Positions 1 to 9,811 of a stretch of 64,000 bases of DNA are shown here, piece by piece. Below the pieces are notes generated by a model. The model saw only the letters and a list, made by a program, of their open reading frames with translations, was not told the origin of the DNA and searched no databases. Source of the stretch: an uncultured Bacteroidales bacterium (GTDB lineage Bacteria > Bacteroidota > Bacteroidia > Bacteroidales > JAEINX01); NCBI GenBank assembly GCA_964462015.1, contig CAYWXI010000002.1, forward strand, positions 23,128 to 87,127, written 5' to 3'. Each line of letters begins with the position of its first letter. Position 1 is the stretch's first letter. A program made the position numbers and the translations under genes.

Positions 1-2195
1 ACATTGCCTCCATGTAACAGCTTGAATGCAATAAAGGTGTGATAATAAAACGGATTGGGATAAACAATTATCTTATTATCATCTGTGTTTTGAGGATTTA
101 AATCATTTATACCTGATGTATTATCAAATTCATAAGCACCCATATCTATTCTGCCACCCGATATTCTCGGTTTGCCGGCAAGGTCAGTGGAGGGTAAAAG
201 TATTGTATCTGCATAATTTAATGTTACAAGATAATACGAAGTATCATCTTCACTGATAATAAACGGCGGCTCCATTCCTGCCTTATACATAGGAGTACCG
301 GTATTTATACAAGGTGAATCCTCCTGCAATGAATAAGGAAATGCCGAAGCCGTATCCCATAGAGGGTCTTCATTTATATTGCCATCCAACCAATTAAGTG
401 TATGATAAGTTTGCCATTTTTTTACTCCGGCTTCACCACCCTCAATATTTGAATAACACACATTTGCAGTAACAGGATATGAAGAACCGGAAGAGTAGCC
501 AAGTGATAATTCATATAATGAGTCTCCATAAAATATGGAGTTGTATATACTTAACTCAGCACCTTCATCAACAACCACCGCAGAACCTTCTACTCCATCT
601 ACTCTATTATTTCCAATTGTAGTATTAATCAAGTCAACAATAGCATGATTTCCCACACCTAAACCAACTCCGGTCCCCGGGGGCCAAATAGGATCAGGAT
701 AACATAAATTTTCTGTAATTTGAATATTAATAGCTTTTCCTGTATAGGTGTTTAGAGTTGATAATGAGCCTCCTATTGTTACACCCCCTCCATATCCAGC
801 ATTAAAATTAATACCTGGACCATTATTATGTATTACACAATTTATCAACTCAAAGACTCTTGAAGTTTCTGTCCAATTTCCCAATCGAAATGCATTAGTA
901 CCTTTATTATTCAATAGTAATGCCTCTGATATGTAAATACTATCATTATATTCTACATTTATACCTGACCCGTGTTTTCCTACACAATTATAAATTTTTA
1001 TATTTTCAAAATTTATATTAGTGTTTTTAAATAAATAAATTCCCCCTTGAATATATCCGGAAAGGGAATAATCCCCAAATCCATTAATAAATGACATGTT
1101 TTTAACAGAATAATTTCTTGTTAAATTATTTCCTCTAAAAAGATATGAAATGGAATCAGCATTTAGTATAGTACTATCACGGCTTTCTCCTATTAAATTA
1201 ATATAGCTTCTTGCATTAAGTGGAAATCTTTCATTACTTTGATTTGGTGAATAAACTCCATCGGATAGAAAAATATTTCTATTATATATTGTATCCAGAA
1301 GTATTTTTTTATATGCATAAGCTATGGTTTTTAAAGGTTCTTCAGGGGAAAATCCTGAATTATTATTATTACCTGTAAATGGGTTTACATATATATCATT
1401 ATTTACAACATCTATTTTCGAGTGTTGAATATTTACTGTAATATCATTAACGGGATAACCATTAGCATCGTAAGAGAAAATAAAGTGTTGATCAGGATTT
1501 AATACTGTAAAAGTATCCAATTCAATATCTAAAGGAGGACTGGATATTGATTTAGCAATATCCGAACCCCTGCTTGAATAATTTAGATAAATATTATTTT
1601 TATTATCAGTATCAAAAATAATATTATTGTTGTTAACAAGTAAAAGGCCTCCACCACTAATAATACTCCAATTATATGAAATTGTCGTACCAATAAGATT
1701 AAGACCGGAGTTAAAACAATAAATCCCTCCACCATATCTGGCAAAATTTTCTTTAATTATACAAAACTTAATTGTAATTGAAGAGTTTTTAATATAAAGG
1801 CCACCTCCAATTAAATCATCTGAATATCCATTTCCGTTTTGTATTGTAAAACCGCATAAAACAGTACTTTCATCCTCACCTGACATTATTCTTACACAAC
1901 TACCATTTTGGTTACCGTCAATTATTGTATTATTAATATAGCTTTTATCCTGTGTTGTAATATAAAGGCTTGCCAAAGTAATTTCTTTTCCACCGTATAA
2001 AATATTTTCGTAATAGGTTCCGGGATACACTAAAACCGTATCCCCGTCAATGGAGGCATTAATTCCTTCTTGTATTGTGGTGAAATCGCCTGTTCCGTCT
2101 TGTTTTATGGTTATTATTTGGGAGAATAATGTTTGCGTAATAATGGAAAATATTATCAGGCTTAGGATTTGGGTTATTGGGGGTTTTGGTTTCAT
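1..2195 (-). CDS. Secreted beta-helix (DUF1565-like) protein with T9SS C-terminal domain; 3' end runs off the window
   Basis: Absent from the ORF track; ends and sampled internal segments translated by hand from ATG 2195: signal peptide MKPKPPITQILSLIIF..., DGTGDFTTIQEGIN, GDTVLVYPGTYYENI, GGGIY repeats, IYVNPFTGNNNNSG..PLKTI, and KIIVYPNPF near position 60. Confidence 0.85.
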   Translation of the reverse strand, partial: MKPKPPITQILSLIIFSIITQTLFSQIITIKQDGTGDFTTIQEGINASIDGDTVLVYPGTYYENILYGGKEITLASLYITTQDKSYINNTIIDGNQNGSCVRIMSGEDESTVLCGFTIQNGNGYSDDLIGGGLYIKNSSITIKFCIIKENFARYGGGIYCFNSGLNLIGTTISYNWSIISGGGLLLVNNNNIIFDTDNKNNIYLNYSSRGSDIAKSISSPPLDIELDTFTVLNPDQHFIFSYDANGYPVNDITVNIQHSKIDVVNNDIYVNPFTGNNNNSGFSPEEPLKTIAYAYKKILLDTIYNRNIFLSDGVYSPNQSNERFPLNARSYINLIGESRDSTILNADSISYLFRGNNLTRNYSVKNMSFINGFGDYSLSGYIQGGIYLFKNTNINFENIKIYNCVGKHGSGINVEYNDSIYISEALLLNNKGTNAFRLGNWTETSRVFELINCVIHNNGPGINFNAGYGGGVTIGGSLSTLNTYTGKAINIQITENLCYPDPIWPPGTGVGLGVGNHAIVDLINTTIGNNRVDGVEGSAVVVDEGAELSIYNSIFYGDSLYELSLGYSSGSSYPVTANVCYSNIEGGEAGVKKWQTYHTLNWLDGNINEDPLWDTASAFPYSLQEDSPCINTGTPMYKAGMEPPFIISEDDTSYYLVTLNYADTILLPSTDLAGKPRISGGRIDMGAYEFDNTSGINDLNPQNTDDNKIIVYPNPFYYHTFIAFKLLHGGN

Positions 2196-2238
2196 GGGGT
2201 TTGTATTTTATTTCTTAATTCGTCATTTTTAATTCGAT

Positions 2239-2330
2239 TCCTTGTTTCTTGTTTCATGTTCCTTGTTTCTTATTCCTTTCATTCAGTAAGTAAACACTCA
2301 ACATTCAACACTCAATAATCAATATTCATT
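2239..2330. repeat. Two heptamer tandem arrays (TYCTTGT-like x6; AYTCAAY-like x5)
   Basis: tccttgt ttcttgt ttcatgt tccttgt ttcttat tcctttc; actcaac attcaac actcaat aatcaat attcatt. Confidence 0.75.
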
Positions 2331-2341
2331 TCTTTCTTTTA

Positions 2342-2391
2342 CCTCACCCCCCGACCCCCTCTCCTAAAATAAGGAGAGGGGGAGAGTGAGG
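2342..2391. repeat. GC-rich REP-like hairpin
   Basis: cctcac..ccccctctcct-aaaata-aggagaggggg..gtgagg in an AT-rich spacer. Confidence 0.8.
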
Positions 2392-2438
2392 CTTGCTTGA
2401 TTATCTACAATTTATTCATTATATAAATTTCATTAAAA

Positions 2439-2515
2439 ATGGAACACTGATTACTTTGATTTACACTGGGTTTTTTTTGTGATTATCTGCGTTATCCGTG
2501 TTATCCGTGTTCTAT
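2439..2515. repeat. Imperfect inverted element built of 9-mer units
   Basis: atggaacactgatt ... atctgcgtt atccgtgtt atccgtgtt ctat; related to the element at 53830-53933. Confidence 0.65.
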
Positions 2516-2530
2516 TAACTTATTAGTATT

Positions 2531-3942
2531 TCATTCTATCTTAACGATTTTACCGCTGATTACCTCCTCATTTCCGCAGTTTATCCTATAAAAATAAACT
2601 CCTTCTTTCACTTTTTTTCCTTGGAAATTATCCACTTTCCATTCAAGATTATATAGCCCGGCGGGGAATTCGCCTTCCATCAGGATTTTGATGCTTTTCC
2701 CGTTAAGGTTGAATATTTCAACTTTTGTGTTTTGGCTTGAATTAAGCCTGAAAGTAATAGTGGTTTCGCCTGTAAACGGATTGGGGCGGCAATAGGCTTC
2801 GCTTATGTTTTCAGGAATATTAAATTCTTCGCCTTCACGAAGTGAAATAACATAGTATTGCCTGTTTTCGCCTACATATATTTGTCGCTTGACATTAGCT
2901 TGCAATTGCCGGTCAAAAACAAGATAATTGTCTTTTACATTACTTGCTTTAAAACCGTTCCATGTTTCAAACTCCAAAGGTGTACCGGCAGGTGTTCCTT
3001 CAAGATAGGCATTAAGCTCAACAATTGTATCACCTTCCAGCCTGACTGCAGCTCCTTTATATTCGCCTTCGGCAATTACTGCTATTTCCTGAATATCGGA
3101 TGTTGAATCGAATTCTACATAAAAGGGAATATAATCGGCTTTTTCTTCAAAGAAAAATATTCGGGTTGGGGTATGCTTGCAGGTAAAGCGGCTTGTCCGC
3201 TATTATTCCATTCTAAATAAACAGGATATGTTTTATCTGTTAGAAGATTAACCATATCACCATATTTGAATGGAGTTATATTTCCGTCAGTTACCCATCT
3301 AAAATCTTCCCCATTATATTCTTTTATCATGGTCCAGAATTGAGTCTGTATCATGTATAGGTTTTCATCCATCCATTCCTCACCAAAAGCATCAATAGGA
3401 TACTGAGATTCCTCAAGGAAATATCCTACCCAGTTTTCTTCAGAAGGTTCAAGGGTCATTTTTGTATCAGGGTCTAATCTTACTCCATAGAGATCAATTG
3501 TAGTATTAAAATATCCCGGTTGATCTATACGTAATTTATAACCTAATGTGCTTTTTACATTATTTAAATCTCCTGTCCACTCTTCAGTTATTGGGTCATA
3601 TAATTTAAATAAGTCAGTTTGATCTTTCAATTCTAATCCTACCGGAAAACACTCAATTCTTTCCAATACAGGTTCGGTAAGTGAAGGATCATTTTCTCCT
3701 CTTTCCAAACGTGGGAAAGATACCCATGTCCAGCCGGTGTAAAGATCAAGTTTTTCGGTATAGCAATCAACTACGCTGATGTTTGAGAAGGAATGGTTGC
3801 TTGTGAAGAGTTTTTCTTCCTCTATTAATAAGCATTTCGTGATTCTTAAATAATCTTCCTTTATTATGCTGTTATTTTGAGAAATAATAATTAATGGAAA
3901 AAGAAATAGGATGAAAATGAAAATTGTTTTTTTGAATTTCAT
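2531..3942 (-). pseudogene. T9SS-secreted protein split by a single-base frameshift near 3149-3157
   Basis: ORF 3115-3942 has a signal peptide. The -1 frame from ~3151 reads FEEKADYIPFYVEFDSTS...GTPLEFETWNG without stops and joins ORF 2531-2977, which ends in a T9SS CTD (CRPNPF...GVYFYRI...GKIVKIE). Confidence 0.8.
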
Positions 3943-4456
3943 AATAGTATTTATAAATGTAAAGGTAAAATTATTTCTTAAATTTTTAAATCATAATTCT
4001 TTTTTAATCAAAGGTAATCCTCTTATTATAATTACTTTTCTCAACACTTCAAATAACAGCAACTGATATTTGTGTTAAAACTCCGGCAAATACATCCGAA
4101 ATTTTTATCCTTTTTCAGTGCTTTCTACCTATTAATACCAAAAATTGATTTTTGTTAGCAAAGATTTTTTAGATATGTTCAAGAAATGAGGTGTAAATAT
4201 CAGTTAAACAGAGAGAGAGAAAATTTCATTTTTTTTCACATATTGGAAATTTCGATGAATTTTTTAACAAAAAACAGTGAAAAAAAGATTGGAATTTAAT
4301 TGTGTTCTTTTGCTTCTTTTTTTTCTAAAAAGTCTTCGGATTACTTTTACACAAAAAATCTACAAAATAATAATTCAGTAAATAAACTGAAGTTTTGCAC
4401 TTTCTTGAGAAATATATAATTATTATGAAATACATTTTTTTATGATTTGCAATAAT

Positions 4457-4566
4457 TCTCTGTAGTTCTTTGTATCTCCTCTGTTGCTCTTTGTGTCTCC
4501 TTTGTGGCTCTTTGCGGAATAGCTATAACACTGAGTTTCTCAAAGAATACACAAAGTTTCTCAAAG
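4457..4566. repeat. Degenerate 10-11-nt tandem units with an inverted arm
   Basis: tctctgtag ttctttgtat ctcctctgttg ctctttgtgt ctcctttgtgg ctctttgcg ... tttctcaaag aatacacaaag tttctcaaag. Confidence 0.7.
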
Positions 4567-4717
4567 TAAAATTGATTGAAATTGGACACGTCAAAGCATT
4601 AATTCAGAGCAATAAATGATATTAATAATATTTTTATCAGATACATTATTAATCAATTAGATAAGAAAGCGAAACTTCAGTAAATAAATTATCATGAAAG
4701 TGGCCATTTGATGACTA

Positions 4718-5692
4718 TCAACATGAATTTTCAATTTCAGTTAACAGATTCTCGATTTCCTCCAAATCTGTTAATGTCATTAATTTTATTCGAAATTGTT
4801 TGAAATTAGGAATAGCCCGAAAATAACTGCTATAATGTTTACGAATTTCGAAAATTGCAGTTCTTTCGCCTTTAATTTGAATAGAGTTTTCAAGGTGAGT
4901 TCTGCAAACATTAACTTTTTCTGTTAACCCGGGTTTAGGTAAAAGATCTCCTGTTTCAAAATAGTGTTTTATTTCTTTAAATATCCAGGGATTTCCAACA
5001 CTTCCCCTTCCGATCATAATCCCATCAACATTATATTTGTTTTTCATTTCAAGAGCTTGTTGAGGTTCTTTGATATCACCGTTTCCGAAAACAGGAATTT
5101 TCATTCTCGGATTATTTTTTACTTCACCAATTAATGTCCAGTCAGCTACGCCGCGATACATTTGTGATTTCGTTCGGCCATGAATACTTATTGCCTTAAT
5201 TCCAACATCTTGCAATCGTTCTGCTATTTCAACAATATTCTTATTGTTTTCATCCCACCCTAATCTTGTTTTAATGGTAACCGGCAATTCTGTGGATTTG
5301 ACAACAGCTGAAGTAATTTTCACCATTTTATCAATATTATTGAGAATACCTGCCCCGGCTCCTTTCTTAACGACTTTTTTTACAGGGCATCCCCAGTTAA
5401 TATCAATTATATCGGGATTTGCTTTTTCAGCTTCTATTGTTGCAAGTTTCATTGAATCAATGTCGTGGCCAAAAATCTGAATTCCAAGGGGCCGCTCCTT
5501 TTCAAAAAAATCCAATTTTCTTTTACTTTTAACGGCATCTCTTATCAAACCCTCGGAAGAAATAAATTCCGTAAACAAAAGGTCAGCACCCATTTCTTTG
5601 CAAATCAGCCGAAACGATGAATCTGTAATATCCTCCATAGGTGCAAGTATCAGAGGACATTTACCTAAATTTATATTTCCAATTTTAACCAA
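4718..5692 (-). CDS. dusB: tRNA-dihydrouridine synthase B
   Basis: LAPMEDITD, DINWGCP, IHGRT, GNGDI, MIGRG motifs. Confidence 0.95.
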   Translation of the reverse strand: MVKIGNINLGKCPLILAPMEDITDSSFRLICKEMGADLLFTEFISSEGLIRDAVKSKRKLDFFEKERPLGIQIFGHDIDSMKLATIEAEKANPDIIDINWGCPVKKVVKKGAGAGILNNIDKMVKITSAVVKSTELPVTIKTRLGWDENNKNIVEIAERLQDVGIKAISIHGRTKSQMYRGVADWTLIGEVKNNPRMKIPVFGNGDIKEPQQALEMKNKYNVDGIMIGRGSVGNPWIFKEIKHYFETGDLLPKPGLTEKVNVCRTHLENSIQIKGERTAIFEIRKHYSSYFRAIPNFKQFRIKLMTLTDLEEIENLLTEIENSC

Positions 5693-5738
5693 TCAACAAA
5701 AAACTTTTAAAATTCATGAGTCCGATCAAAAAACTAAT

Positions 5739-5841
5739 GTCACGCAAAAATTAAAAAGTGTTAATACAATGACCGCAAAACAAAGATATTTGTACTTAGA
5801 ACTTTGCGTATTTTGTGATTCCTCAGCGAGCTTTGCGTGAA
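5739..5841. repeat. CGCAAAG-unit dispersed repeat, copy 1
   Basis: Reverse complement of 5801-5841 matches 61268-61308 at 36/41 positions (hand alignment). Confidence 0.8.
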
Positions 5842-5960
5842 CCTTTTTATTCCTTTTTATACCGGACCCATCCATTTTTATAAAAAATACTTTTTCGGTG
5901 CAAAAATAATCAATTGATAAAATTACTTTTATTCTTATTTTCGCCCATTAAATTTACAAA

Positions 5961-6914
5961 ATGAAACAAACATTCTTTGAAGGATATTCAAGTTTGGCAA
6001 AATTTCTCAGCCTGCTTATAATTATTTTTGTTTGCTTATTGTTTACATTACTTTTTGGGATTGTGTTTGGAATTCCGTTTTTCGGTTCAAACATTCTCGA
6101 TTTACTCTCCGGCTTATCAGCTAATTCAGGTCCCGAATCAATAAATATATTAAAATATTTTCAGGTTATTAATCAAATCGGGATTTTTATTCTTCCTGCT
6201 ATTTTTTATTCCTACCTTGATAAAAAAAATGTTAGTTCTGCATTAAAACTCAATATTAAGCCCAAGATTATTACTTTATTATTTGCTTCAATATTAGTAT
6301 TTGTTTCAATGCCCCTTATTGACTGGATGATTTCCGTTAATCAATCCATAAAATTTCCGGATTCCTTAAGTAGTTTAGAAAATTGGTTTAAAGAGTCCGA
6401 AAGCCAGGCAACAGTTTTAACTGAATTGTTTCTTGATGTTAATACGGTATGGGGATTCTTGTTTAATATCTTTATGATAGCAATAATGGCTGCAATAAGT
6501 GAAGAGTTTTTATTTCGTGGAGTTTTATTAAACCTTTTTGCCGAATGGACAAAAAACATTCATCTTGCAGTTATTTTTTCTGCATTATTATTTAGTGCTT
6601 TTCATCTTCAATTTTATGGTTTTTTTCCTCGTTTTATGTTGGGAGTTTTATTAGGGTATCTTTTTGTTTGGACAAAATCATTATGGGTTCCCATATTTAT
6701 TCATTTCTTAAATAATGCTGTTGCTGTAATCATTTCATTTTTATTTAATAAAGGTGTTATCTCCTTCGATATAGAATCCGCTGGCAATTATGAAAATTCA
6801 TTTTTTTGGGGAAGTATATTATTGGTCATTATTATTTTAGTACTGATTAATTATAATGAAAAAGGTGTTTTAAATAGAATTTTCCTAAAAAAAAAGGATG
6901 ACATTCTATTTTAA
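5961..6914 (+). CDS. CPBP/CAAX-family intramembrane glutamic endopeptidase
   Basis: Multi-TM; EEFLFRG, FSAFH and HFLNN motifs. Confidence 0.92.
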   Translation: MKQTFFEGYSSLAKFLSLLIIIFVCLLFTLLFGIVFGIPFFGSNILDLLSGLSANSGPESINILKYFQVINQIGIFILPAIFYSYLDKKNVSSALKLNIKPKIITLLFASILVFVSMPLIDWMISVNQSIKFPDSLSSLENWFKESESQATVLTELFLDVNTVWGFLFNIFMIAIMAAISEEFLFRGVLLNLFAEWTKNIHLAVIFSALLFSAFHLQFYGFFPRFMLGVLLGYLFVWTKSLWVPIFIHFLNNAVAVIISFLFNKGVISFDIESAGNYENSFFWGSILLVIIILVLINYNEKGVLNRIFLKKKDDILF

Positions 6915-6927
6915 ATGCCATCCTTTT
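6892..6927. terminator. Probable bidirectional intrinsic terminator
   Basis: aaaaggatg...catcctttt inverted repeat between convergent genes. Confidence 0.6.
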
Positions 6928-6990
6928 ATTACTTAATCATCTCTCTCCTGATGATTATGATTATTGGTTTTTAAAGAATTTATTTTTTTA

Positions 6991-8916
6991 TTAGGGATAA
7001 ATCAATATATCTGCTCCATTCATTTTAACCAGATAGCCTTCTCCCGGATTACAATCACCTATTCCGTTTATCCAGTTTGGCCCAATTTTTTGAATAATGC
7101 TTCCCTGAGAATTTCTAATAAAATCCAGGTTATCATCTATAATTGTTGCAAATGCTTCCAAAGCATTAATTGGAGCTACGGGAAGATAACTTACAAACTG
7201 ATAACCAATGCTAACATCAATTGGAGTTTGAGGATCAATTATTGCACCGTTAATTATCAAATTATCGCCCTGGTTCATTTTAAATAAGTAGCCTTCGGTA
7301 GTAACCCAATCACCTATTCCATTGATCCAGTTTCCACCAATGTTTTGTATTACCTGTCCGGCTGAATTTCTTACAAATTGAAGGTTTTCGTTCAGATTAT
7401 TTTCCAATACTGAAAGCATATTTGGATTCTCAGCTAAAATATATGAAGAAATAAATACATAACCCATATTCAGGGTTATTTCTTGTGAATCAGCCTGTGA
7501 GCCTACAATGTCTTCAGTGCCTCTTGGATTTATTCTATAATAAGGGCCTGAATTATACCAATCAACAACACCTGTAATAGAATAAGTGGATCCAATATCC
7601 ATCGTAATGTCACCAAAATGATAAACAACATTATCACCAACATGGAAATAATAGGTTGTTTCACCATCATCCCAACTACAACGATAGTCGTAATCGGTAT
7701 AAGATTCCACGGTTGCATTGGTTATTTTTACTAATTGGCCTTCCCATTGCTCCCCGGGATTAGTATCGGCCGGTAGATCTTCACTTAAATCCGAACCGGC
7801 AATTTCATCAGGTCCATAAGGTGAGTTTCCTGATGAAATTATTGAAATCAATTCAGGATATTCTAATTCCGATAAGAAGTTATAAGTCGTTCTGTTTGCA
7901 TAAAATAAAATTTCGTCTCCAACTGCAACAAGTGCATCAAAACTGTTACTATAAATCATTACTCCATTGTATGCTCCTGCAGCATCACTTACCCATACAT
8001 TATTATATTCATCATTTGCAGAAACAATGCCTTGAAAAGTAGCAAGGTTATCATTATTCATAGTACCACCCGGATTCAATGCGTTAACATAAGCAATGGG
8101 CATAATACCTGCATAAAAGTCATAATCGGTACTATTAGCATCATCGGCAATATTATCAAGAATTACATCACCGGTCATATTTTGTGAAGCTCCGGTTAAA
8201 TGAACCAGTTTTGCATTCGTACCATCAATAGTTGCACCTGAGAAAGTTATTTCAGTTGTCCCTGTTAAAGTATAATCAGCAGGATCAACTGAGGACATAA
8301 TTGCTGAATAAAGAACATCTACAGCATTTTCGCTAACAGCATAAGCTTTACTGATCTCTACTGCAGTAATTCCTGTAAAAGCTGCCTCATCTACATAAAC
8401 TGTTGCGGTTCCCGGCCACCCGGAAACATCATAAACACGTATTTCTATGTGAGCTGATACGGTACCATCAGGGGCAGTTTGTGATCCGCTTGTAATTTGT
8501 TGCCAATCGGGAGAATCAGATGAATAATCTCCGTAATAACCTGAAATAAAACTTCCACCGTCATCATACCATCTTACAGCTACTCTTACTCTTCCACCGG
8601 GATCATTATCCAAAGCCCAATAAGAGAATTCATAATTGTTTCCTGCATTAACATCGATAAATTGTTGTAAATACCTTGTTGAAGATGTTGTCCAGGTTAA
8701 ATTTGTACTATAAGTCCCGGAATAAACAGTTGCTGCTTCCTGTGAAGCTGTTATTCCTGAACCCGATAAACTCCATTCATCCGGTGGTCCGTCAGGGCCA
8801 TTGACAGTCCAATTTTCAAATCCGCCATTTAAGGCTAAATTTTGTGCCGAAGTGATGTTTGCAATGCAAAACATAATAATCAGCAAAAAGCTTGATAAAG
8901 TTGTAAATTTCTTCAT
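6991..8916 (-). CDS. Secreted acidic multidomain protein: CBM-like N-domain, OB-fold-like repeats, tandem C-terminal module
   Basis: Signal peptide; NLALNGGFENW; EQWEGQLVKI...ITGVV...YRINPR; two ~80 aa repeats containing NWINGIGD. Confidence 0.8.
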   Translation of the reverse strand: MKKFTTLSSFLLIIMFCIANITSAQNLALNGGFENWTVNGPDGPPDEWSLSGSGITASQEAATVYSGTYSTNLTWTTSSTRYLQQFIDVNAGNNYEFSYWALDNDPGGRVRVAVRWYDDGGSFISGYYGDYSSDSPDWQQITSGSQTAPDGTVSAHIEIRVYDVSGWPGTATVYVDEAAFTGITAVEISKAYAVSENAVDVLYSAIMSSVDPADYTLTGTTEITFSGATIDGTNAKLVHLTGASQNMTGDVILDNIADDANSTDYDFYAGIMPIAYVNALNPGGTMNNDNLATFQGIVSANDEYNNVWVSDAAGAYNGVMIYSNSFDALVAVGDEILFYANRTTYNFLSELEYPELISIISSGNSPYGPDEIAGSDLSEDLPADTNPGEQWEGQLVKITNATVESYTDYDYRCSWDDGETTYYFHVGDNVVYHFGDITMDIGSTYSITGVVDWYNSGPYYRINPRGTEDIVGSQADSQEITLNMGYVFISSYILAENPNMLSVLENNLNENLQFVRNSAGQVIQNIGGNWINGIGDWVTTEGYLFKMNQGDNLIINGAIIDPQTPIDVSIGYQFVSYLPVAPINALEAFATIIDDNLDFIRNSQGSIIQKIGPNWINGIGDCNPGEGYLVKMNGADILIYP

Positions 8917-9056
8917 AATGAAAAGGATTTAATTAATTATTTAATTTGATAATCTTTTTTACTACTACGACAAAATATTACACAAATTTAAAAAAATGTC
9001 TTAAATAGCAATTTTTTTTACCTTAAATTTTTGTTAAATAATTTATAACGTTTAAT

Positions 9057-9092
9057 AAAAAAAGCCTGCTCAGCAAAAAACCGGGCAGGCTT
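9057..9092 (-). terminator. Intrinsic terminator after the FKBP gene
   Basis: aagcctgctc/gggcaggctt stem followed by a U-tract on the minus strand. Confidence 0.75.
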
Positions 9093-9113
9093 GTTTCCTA
9101 TTGTTATATTATA

Positions 9114-9701
9114 CTATTTGTCAATCGAAAGTAATTCAACTTCAAATACAAGGGTTGTATGAGGCGCAATTGCTTGTCCTGCCCCTTGTTCGCCATAAGC
9201 AAGTTCCGATGGAACAAAAAGTTTCCATTTCGAACCTGTCGGCATGAGCTGTAGTGCTTCAGTCCAGCCTTTTATAACACCGTTTACAGGGAAGCTTGCA
9301 GGCTGCCCTCTTTTTACCGAACTATCGAATACTGTTCCGTCAATTAAAGTTCCATGATAATGTGTGGTAACTTTATCGGTGAGTTTTGGTTTTTCACCGG
9401 TTCCATTATTAATAATTTCGTATTGTAAACCACTCGGTAAAGTTACAACACCTTCTCTTTTTGCATTTTCAGCGAGGAATTTTTTGCCTTCTTCCATTTT
9501 TTCTGCAGAATGTTTTGCCTGAAGTTCTTTAAAATAATCATTAACTAATTTCCCGATCTTTTCCTGAGGTATAGCAAGTTGATTTTCGTTTAAAACATCG
9601 TAAAGAGCTTTTGAGAAATCTTCAATACTATCAACTTTAAATCCTTGTTCTTTTAGGTTATAAGCAACGCTAACTCCAAGACTATAACTTAATTCATTCA
9701 T
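9114..9701 (-). CDS. fklB: FKBP-type peptidyl-prolyl isomerase (FklB/Mip-like)
   Basis: LPSGLQY, HYHGTLIDGTVFDSS, VIKGWTEAL, LAYGEQG. Confidence 0.92.
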   Translation of the reverse strand: MNELSYSLGVSVAYNLKEQGFKVDSIEDFSKALYDVLNENQLAIPQEKIGKLVNDYFKELQAKHSAEKMEEGKKFLAENAKREGVVTLPSGLQYEIINNGTGEKPKLTDKVTTHYHGTLIDGTVFDSSVKRGQPASFPVNGVIKGWTEALQLMPTGSKWKLFVPSELAYGEQGAGQAIAPHTTLVFEVELLSIDK

Positions 9702-9811
9702 ATAAAAATATATTTAGTTTTAAAAAACGGCAAATATAATGTAATATAATTTAAAAAGTTTAGAAAATCTTCTGAATTTAGAATTTGTTATAATTTTGCG
9801 AAAAATCTGAT

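Noticed and set aside
2239-2515. Repeat arrays as CRISPR
   Set aside because: Units are 7-11 nt with no unique spacers, and no cas genes are present; the same applies to all other repeats in the window
3140-3160. Programmed -1 ribosomal frameshift
   Set aside because: The sequence is G AAA AAG rather than a canonical X XXY YYZ heptamer, and no clear downstream stimulator is seen
4210-4221. (AG)6 microsatellite as a phase-variation switch
   Set aside because: Short, intergenic and not tied to an identifiable promoter
5598-5840. 80-aa ORF, and similar ORFs at 34464-34721, 53712-53921 and 20993-21220
   Set aside because: Read-through of repeats or overlap with real genes; no protein-like signal
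9031-9048. Second Rex-like box TTGTTAA-ATAA-TTTATAA
   Set aside because: More mismatches, and such words are common in AT-rich spacers
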